A DNA stretch of 64,000 nucleotides. It comes from an uncultured Gammaproteobacteria bacterium (GTDB lineage Bacteria > Patescibacteriota > Microgenomatia > UBA8517). The first letter of the stretch is position 1, and each line of letters begins with the position of its first letter. This document shows, in pieces, positions 58,176 to 64,000 of this stretch. The translations under genes and the position numbers were made by a program. The stretch is from positions 3,197 to 67,196 of the forward strand of contig CAZPLB010000004.1 of NCBI GenBank assembly GCA_964587425.1, read 5' to 3'. Under the pieces are notes generated by a model. That model saw only the letters and a list, made by a program, of their open reading frames with translations, ran no database searches and had not been told where the DNA came from.

Positions 58176-58925
58176 TCAATTGATGCCAATTTTTTGTTTA
58201 TGACGTTTTATGAAGCTAGCAACGTCAACGTATGTATAATTTTTGTCATATTTTTCAGATAAGATGTCAGATATTTCATCATTCGATTTGTTTGAAACAC
58301 TGAGCTCATATGCTTCTTTATCTCTATCAAAGTTTTTTATTGGTTGAAATTTCTTTTTGGTATAAGACGCAAGTCTTTTTTGGTGAAACTTGATTCTTGA
58401 CCATGCCTTCTTTATATCTTCAAGTCTAGTAGAATCATCTATCCCAATAGAAAGTTGTACTAGATCTGTGTCTAAGTCAAAATCCTCTCGAACTGTTACG
58501 TTTCCCACTATCCACATCGAGTCAAGATTGTTAAATAAAATATACCTTTGAATACTATGATGCCAACCTAAAGGCAACCTATGTTTTTCCAAGATTTTCT
58601 TTATACAGATATCCAATGCATTTATGGGAGCATCCTTGTTAAACTGACGTCGAAGATTGAAAGCTTCTTTAAACTTCTTTCCTTTTTCCAGCTCCAATTC
58701 TTCGATCTTTATCCTTGATATATTTTTTTCAAAATATTCGTCGTTGCTTAAATAAAAATTATGATGCCATTTTTCGCTTTGATCGTTATCTTTAATCCCT
58801 TCTTGAGGAATACTAAATCTTTCCCTGATTTCTGCCACATTTTTTTGAAAATCAGGGTTGGCAAGAGTCAGCCTTGCTCTTTGTTTTATCCTATTTGTTG
58901 GTTTCTTAACTTGTTTAGTTTTCAT
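58176..58925 (-). CDS. hypothetical protein
   Basis: A 249-aa Lys-rich ORF with no recognised motif. It is divergent from the downstream operon. Confidence 0.4.
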   Translation of the reverse strand: MKTKQVKKPTNRIKQRARLTLANPDFQKNVAEIRERFSIPQEGIKDNDQSEKWHHNFYLSNDEYFEKNISRIKIEELELEKGKKFKEAFNLRRQFNKDAPINALDICIKKILEKHRLPLGWHHSIQRYILFNNLDSMWIVGNVTVREDFDLDTDLVQLSIGIDDSTRLEDIKKAWSRIKFHQKRLASYTKKKFQPIKNFDRDKEAYELSVSNKSNDEISDILSEKYDKNYTYVDVASFIKRHKQKIGIN

Positions 58926-58990
58926 TTTCTTAAACTGATTATACCTACTTTCTTGTTATAGGCGAGCCTGAGTTATATACTTCTGATGAA

Positions 58991-60199
58991 ATGAAATACA
59001 GAGTCTATGCCTTAATTCATGGTCAAACCCTTATGGAAGGGAAATTATTTGAGTGTGAAATTAAGAAGATGGAATTTGATGAACAAGCAAAAAGAAAGTT
59101 TGCCCCAATTCAAAGCGTTTTCTCCGAAGGAGAAGATTATGATTATTACAAAACTTATGTCACCTCTCTTCGATATATTGACCCTATAAAAATAAGGTCT
59201 GAACATGTAATTATTTGTGATATCGAGGAAGACAAACCTGGAGATGCACTAGGTGGAGCAATCAAAACAATCGAAAGAATAACCAGATTTTTGTCTTTAA
59301 CTTCTTTGGAAGATGTAAAGAGAAAATATGGAAGGAATAGAGGTAGTTTTGAACCATACGTTTATCAGGTAAATAAAATTTATTCTCTAAATAAAAATGG
59401 TAAAGAATCAGATGTTGGCTATAAGCTTGAAAGTGGACATATATATTTGCCAAATAGACCAGAACAGGAAAAATGGAGGGATCCCGGCACAAGTCAATTT
59501 TTAGATGAAATTTACAATTTCCACGACGAAACATTTGAGAGATCTCTCAAATATCTCTATCGATCTTCTATAGGACGTTTTGTTTTAGATAGTCAGGAGA
59601 AGATAGCATTGGATCATTTCAAATCAATTGAAATTATAATCAACTCATTATCAAAAGAACATGAGTTTAAGGATAGGTTGGCGGATGTCGCAGTAAAGAT
59701 AGGAATTACACCAAGAGAGCAAAAGAGAATTGAAGATTTTTGGGATGATAGGTCGAAGTATGGTGACATTGCTCATCCATCAAAATTTGACCAGGTTGAA
59801 AGATATCCAAACCAGTTTCCAGTACCCAGCAATACTAGATATTCCGGGAGTGGTTTTGATTCAATTGCTCCAAATATTCTCTTTAAATATTATCAGTACA
59901 TTAAAGGAGTTTTTATAATCGACATTGACGAACCATCTGGTGCGAATGGGTCAAACTCTAAAGAGGGTCGATTTGATAAAGTTTATGAAATCTCACAATA
60001 TGGCCCAAGTCACCACAACCATTTAGTTTTCTACACTTCAGAGAAAAACAAGCACAAATTAGTTAATAATTTAAAGAAGGCATTTTCCAAAAAATACAAA
60101 ATATCAGAGACTTCAATAACGGAAATAAAAATTCTCCCAAAGAAGAGTGGAAACTATAGCGAAAGGAGGGTTAGATTAAGAGTATGTACGACAATATAA
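58991..60199 (+). CDS. hypothetical protein (gene A of an uncharacterised operon)
   Basis: A 402-aa ORF of non-biased composition with no Walker motifs. It contains an RSKYGDIAH segment (R-x7-H, outside canonical HEPN spacing). Its stop overlaps the gene B start by 16 bp. Confidence 0.45.
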   Translation: MKYRVYALIHGQTLMEGKLFECEIKKMEFDEQAKRKFAPIQSVFSEGEDYDYYKTYVTSLRYIDPIKIRSEHVIICDIEEDKPGDALGGAIKTIERITRFLSLTSLEDVKRKYGRNRGSFEPYVYQVNKIYSLNKNGKESDVGYKLESGHIYLPNRPEQEKWRDPGTSQFLDEIYNFHDETFERSLKYLYRSSIGRFVLDSQEKIALDHFKSIEIIINSLSKEHEFKDRLADVAVKIGITPREQKRIEDFWDDRSKYGDIAHPSKFDQVERYPNQFPVPSNTRYSGSGFDSIAPNILFKYYQYIKGVFIIDIDEPSGANGSNSKEGRFDKVYEISQYGPSHHNHLVFYTSEKNKHKLVNNLKKAFSKKYKISETSITEIKILPKKSGNYSERRVRLRVCTTI

Positions 60200-61737
60200 A
60201 AATTGCTTTTGAAAGTTTAATTAAACATCCTCACTTCCAAATTCTAGTAAGAGAATATCGCCACAGGTTCGGTATTCCGGAATCTGGTTTTAGTGATTCA
60301 TCTTCTGAGGCATATAAAAATTGGGTAAATGAAGGTTTAAGAAAGTCAGATTATTTAAAAGATCAATTTCTATTTATAGCCAAAAGGTGTAAAAACCTTA
60401 TTCCAAACAGAGATCCAATCCCTAGCACCTTACTTGCATATTATTTTCTATTCGGACAAATTCCAAACGAATCATCTAGCCAAAATAGTTTTATCTTTTC
60501 TGTTAATCCAAGCGGAATTCTTGGCAGTTTCGATATAACTTTTACGACTCCATTAGTTTTCAGTTTGGATGAATTTTTGCAGGAGGTTGAAAAACATAAT
60601 CTGGAAATTAAACAAACAAGTGAAAACACAAGATTAGCTCTTTTTAATCTATCTAGTTCAAAAAAACCAAGGACATCGGAGTTTGACTCAACTCGCGACT
60701 TATTAGCAACAACCCCTGGCAATGGTTCAGATATTGTAGATCGAGTTCATAGAGATATGGCCTATTTAGTTGAGTTTGGTCGAATTGCATTAGAAGAACA
60801 TCTCCAAAATATGAAAGATGAAGATTTTGTTATTAATAGTTACGATGACAAAAATAAGCCCATGTTTCAACCAATACAACATATGGGATCCATTCTTTTG
60901 AATCGCGGACTATTTCCTATCGCTGAGGAATACTGGAAACAAATAGATGATGAGATTCAGATGTTTAATCGGCAAACTGGAAAAAGAGTTAATAGAGGCA
61001 TTCCATTAGCAAATACGGGTGTATCCCAAATTGCACAAGGGAAAGTTATAGAAGGTCTATTTAATATTTATAGAGGATATAACGACGATAAAGAATGTCT
61101 TCAGCATTTACCCGGAATTGTAATTGATCCTGAAAGGGACATGTCGAGAAGCGTTCTCTTTACTCAATTTGAAGAGAAACAAACTGCTGAACTTTTTAAT
61201 TTGATTGTTTCCAAATACAGCAATGTTTTTAATCCAGCACTGTCAAAAGAAGACCTTGCAGACTTTATTAAAAGTTTGGGTTCAGATAAAAAATTGCTTT
61301 TCTACATGATCCTTTATCGTTTATCTTTTGCTCTGAATTTAAACAATCAATTATCAACCGTCATTTCTAGAAGCGAGATTCTTAGGTCATTGGCGGAACT
61401 AGCTTTATGGTTTGAAGATGAGTTAAAAAGAAAAGATCCGGTTTTGATTGGTCGAACTTTGGTTCCGATATTGGATCAAAAAGTTGGTCAGTTAAATCCA
61501 ACCAGTGATCAATACACGAGGGCAGCAGACTTGGATGAGCTATCTAATAAAATATCCAGCGCACTACAAGCAACTGCTAATTTGGAAATTACAAACGCAC
61601 GAATTATTGGATGTTTAAGAAATTTTGCTGGCCACAATCTCGAAGTCCAAGACCACACATTTTTCCAAACTTGCGATGAAATTTTTGCACGGATGCTTTC
61701 TTTTATAATTTATTCAAGAGGTCAAAATTGGATTTAA
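60184..61737 (+). CDS. HEPN-motif protein (gene B), putative RNase
   Basis: The C-terminus of this 517-aa protein has ITNARIIGCLRNFAGHNLEV, i.e. RNFAGH, a canonical HEPN Rx4-6H (Abi2-like RNxxxH) motif. It overlaps genes A and C. Confidence 0.45.
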   Translation: MYDNIKIAFESLIKHPHFQILVREYRHRFGIPESGFSDSSSEAYKNWVNEGLRKSDYLKDQFLFIAKRCKNLIPNRDPIPSTLLAYYFLFGQIPNESSSQNSFIFSVNPSGILGSFDITFTTPLVFSLDEFLQEVEKHNLEIKQTSENTRLALFNLSSSKKPRTSEFDSTRDLLATTPGNGSDIVDRVHRDMAYLVEFGRIALEEHLQNMKDEDFVINSYDDKNKPMFQPIQHMGSILLNRGLFPIAEEYWKQIDDEIQMFNRQTGKRVNRGIPLANTGVSQIAQGKVIEGLFNIYRGYNDDKECLQHLPGIVIDPERDMSRSVLFTQFEEKQTAELFNLIVSKYSNVFNPALSKEDLADFIKSLGSDKKLLFYMILYRLSFALNLNNQLSTVISRSEILRSLAELALWFEDELKRKDPVLIGRTLVPILDQKVGQLNPTSDQYTRAADLDELSNKISSALQATANLEITNARIIGCLRNFAGHNLEVQDHTFFQTCDEIFARMLSFIIYSRGQNWI

Positions 61738-62393
61738 AACTTATGGACAAACTATTTTGTAATATTTGCAAAGAAGAAAAAGGTGTCACTAAATCCGGTA
61801 AAGAAGGGGTTGCTGATTTCTATATTCTTTCTTGTGGTCATCGGTTTCTAGCAGGATCCCTTTTTGAAAAAATTAAAATGAATGAACTGTTTAATTTTAG
61901 AGGAAAGGGCAAGACAAATATTAAATACACTAAGGGTGATCCTCAGCACAGTGCAAACTATGCTAAGAAATTCATTGAGTACGGAGATATTGATTATGAA
62001 GCTGCGACTGTTCTATTTAATATCCAAAACAGGGACTACGATTTCATGAACCAAGCAGCTTTTTTGTCGGCACAATCAATTGAAAAATATCTTAAAGCAT
62101 TTCTTTTTTGGAATTCAAAAACGCATTATCCAGGTTCAGGTGGTAAAGAAGTTTTAGAAAAATTCAAAGCGCTGAGCCATAACTTAGAAAATATTCTTGG
62201 CGAATGTGCAAAAGACAACAAAGATTTCTTAAAGTTTAAGAGTCAAATTAAGGAAGTTAACAAATATTCTCTACTTAAATATCCCGACGTTGAGGATGAA
62301 ATGGTTTATTCTGATTTGGGATTAACGATTAGTAGCGATATTTTGAAACATGTAAAATTGGTGGGAGACTTTATAAAAAAGTTATTACTGTAA
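61728..62393 (+). CDS. zinc-ribbon protein (gene C)
   Basis: The N-terminus has CNICKEE...x17...SCGHRF. A helical C-terminal domain follows with ...AAFLSAQSIEKYLKAF...KALSHNLENIL. Confidence 0.4.
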   Translation: MDLKLMDKLFCNICKEEKGVTKSGKEGVADFYILSCGHRFLAGSLFEKIKMNELFNFRGKGKTNIKYTKGDPQHSANYAKKFIEYGDIDYEAATVLFNIQNRDYDFMNQAAFLSAQSIEKYLKAFLFWNSKTHYPGSGGKEVLEKFKALSHNLENILGECAKDNKDFLKFKSQIKEVNKYSLLKYPDVEDEMVYSDLGLTISSDILKHVKLVGDFIKKLLL

Positions 62394-62395
62394 AA

Positions 62396-62980
62396 ATGTT
62401 GTCTGATAAATTAATCAAAGAATATAAAGATATTTTTGAAGTAAAATACAAACGAAAAATATCTGACGAGGAAGCGCGAGAAGGCGCGCAAAATTTAACT
62501 AATTTATTTGAGATCTTCTACCAGCAATTCCAAACAGAACAGCGAAGAAAAGCAAAATTAAAAGATAACCCAGATGGTTTTCTTTTAGATGACCACGAAG
62601 GCGCTTATAACTGCCGGGTTTGCAACTATCCTGTTTCTGGAAAAGAAGCTTGGTGGGATTTAAACGGTGTTAAGTGCCTAGATTGTCAGAGAAATATCAA
62701 AGAGGGAGTTATTCCCGGAGAGATTTGTCAAAACGATGACCTTTGTATAAAAGAATGGCAATTACAATCTGATTACAGTCTTCACCCCTCTACAAGAAGA
62801 AAACTTATAAGAGAAGGTGTCCTTAAAGCACGAGATTTAAAGAGAGAGGATGGGTCAACCTACTATTCTGTTTATCTTGTGAGTGAAAACAAAGAGTTTT
62901 TCAAGAAATATCCTCAAAAACCAAAAATGAAGTTTGAATGGAAAACTGTTGATAGTAAAGGTAATGAAGTAAGGCCATAA
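62396..62980 (+). CDS. zinc-ribbon protein (gene D)
   Basis: A central CRVCNYP...x16...CLDCQRN motif sits in a 194-aa ORF. Confidence 0.4.
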   Translation: MLSDKLIKEYKDIFEVKYKRKISDEEAREGAQNLTNLFEIFYQQFQTEQRRKAKLKDNPDGFLLDDHEGAYNCRVCNYPVSGKEAWWDLNGVKCLDCQRNIKEGVIPGEICQNDDLCIKEWQLQSDYSLHPSTRRKLIREGVLKARDLKREDGSTYYSVYLVSENKEFFKKYPQKPKMKFEWKTVDSKGNEVRP

Positions 62981-63099
62981 GTATATCAAACTACATCATT
63001 ACTCCAATATCCTTTTTATACTGTCTCAAATGTCTCATTTAGCCTCGATTGTGATACACTCTTAGGTGAGTTATAAGGTCTAAACGGGTTCAGACCGGT

Positions 63100-63783
63100 A
63101 TGCTCAGCATGGATAATCTTCAACAGAAACAATGGACTATTCCGAAAGCTAAGAAAAATCTTCATGCTTGTAGATATCATTTGGTAAATATGTGGCGTTC
63201 TGTACACCCAGAAGAACTTCAGTACAATTTCGCAGCATTTTTGAGTGAAGCGTTGAGGGTAACTTGGGTATTACAAAATGAATATTGTAGAGATAAGAAA
63301 TTTATAAAGTGGTGGGGTAATATTGAAAAAGATAGTCGTACTGGAGGTAATAAGTCTAAACTTGAAAAAGGAACAAAAAGATACGAGATGAGGAATGACC
63401 AGCTGTGTAGTTTTTTTTACGATCTGAGAACTAAAATTTTGAAAGAAGGAGTATCGGGATTTGCAGTTCAATCAACAAAGATTCTGAAATTAGATACAAG
63501 GTTTGACATTAAGGATAAGCCAGAAGGTGCAAGTAGTTTTATATTTTCTGGAAATGGTGCTTACTGGTTGATTTACCCTAGTTCTTCTAAAGTAGATATG
63601 ATTCCAGCAAAATTCCAAACTACTGCCAATATTCAATATTCAATTACAAGTACTGATCTTCCAAATTCGCACCTTAATAAGTTAATTAAAAACAATAATT
63701 TACTGAAGAGTTGTGAACTTTATTGTCAGTATTTGAGTAGTTTACTTGAAGAGTGGACAGAGATATTAAATAAACATGATTGA
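63100..63783 (+). CDS. hypothetical protein (gene E)
   Basis: A 227-aa ORF. Its stop overlaps the next ATG (ATGATTGA). Confidence 0.4.
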   Translation: MLSMDNLQQKQWTIPKAKKNLHACRYHLVNMWRSVHPEELQYNFAAFLSEALRVTWVLQNEYCRDKKFIKWWGNIEKDSRTGGNKSKLEKGTKRYEMRNDQLCSFFYDLRTKILKEGVSGFAVQSTKILKLDTRFDIKDKPEGASSFIFSGNGAYWLIYPSSSKVDMIPAKFQTTANIQYSITSTDLPNSHLNKLIKNNNLLKSCELYCQYLSSLLEEWTEILNKHD

Positions 63784-64000
63784 AACACACCCCTTCGGTA
63801 ATTATGTTCCTAAGAGTGTCAAGTACTTAATGTTAGGAAGTTTTGTAACTAAGCCCTCCAATCCTTATGAATGGTTTTATGCAAATGGTCGAAATCAGTT
63901 TTGGCCGATTATGCAAGAAGTTTATGGTTTAGAGCTCAAAACTAAAGGGCAACAACAAAAACTTTTTATAGATTTGGAAATGGCGCTTACAGATATAATT
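63776..64000 (+). CDS. uracil-DNA glycosylase superfamily protein (MUG/hypoxanthine-DNA glycosylase-like), 5' fragment truncated by the window end
   Basis: A manual translation gives MIETHPFGNYVPKSVKYLMLGSFVTKPSNPYEWFYANGRNQFWPIMQEVYGL.... The (L)GSFV...NP...NRFW arrangement matches UDG-family motifs A/B as in MUG (GINPG...HPANRFW). Confidence 0.4.
   Translation, partial: MIETHPFGNYVPKSVKYLMLGSFVTKPSNPYEWFYANGRNQFWPIMQEVYGLELKTKGQQQKLFIDLEMALTDII

Noticed and set aside
58991-60199. RSKYGDIAH segment in gene A as a second HEPN motif
   Set aside because: The R-to-H spacing is 7 residues, outside the Rx4-6H definition. I kept only the gene B RNFAGH motif as HEPN evidence.
1-64000. CRISPR arrays
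   Set aside because: No short, regularly spaced direct repeats with unique spacers were seen anywhere in the window. The only tandem repeats are coding (NHL units, PT linker, surface-protein domains).

Overview
This is a low-GC (~38-40%) bacterial fragment whose gene content looks like a Candidate Phyla Radiation (Patescibacteria-like) genome; the lineage call is an inference. Bases 1-13.5 kb hold a nearly complete S10-spc-alpha ribosomal super-operon, in the order L23 partial, L2, S19, L22, S3, L16, L29, S17, L14, L24, L5, S14, S8, L6, L18, S5, L15, SecY, Adk, Map, IF-1, L36, S13, S11, an extra ORF, S4, RpoA, L17, L13, S9. Ribosomal protein L30 is absent between S5 and L15, and an unexplained 100-aa ORF sits between rpsK and rpsD. 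Bases 13.5-47 kb carry housekeeping genes (recA-recX, rny, HU, miaA, dtd, nth, cca, recJ, aspS, gltX), an RNase P RNA, a clear tRNA-Gln, an aberrant tRNA-Pro-like RNA, and several cell-envelope genes. The envelope genes include a GT-C glycosyltransferase, an O-antigen-ligase-like protein, a DD-carboxypeptidase, an NHL-repeat protein and a 1558-aa surface protein with a glycoside-hydrolase-like domain. A zur-znuACB-yibE zinc-uptake operon on the minus strand spans 47.5-51.5 kb. From about 51.5 kb to the window end lies a phage-derived island. It carries a Shedu-like DUF4263 nuclease, a large serine recombinase, an XRE repressor, terminase small and large subunits and a ParB-methyltransferase fusion, but no virion structural genes. 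The island ends in a tightly coupled operon of at least six genes with no recognisable family, including a protein with a canonical HEPN Rx4H motif, two zinc-ribbon proteins and a truncated UDG-superfamily glycosylase. That operon is the strongest candidate for a previously undescribed anti-phage system in this window. All calls come from reading the supplied translations and sequence by eye; no database searches were run.
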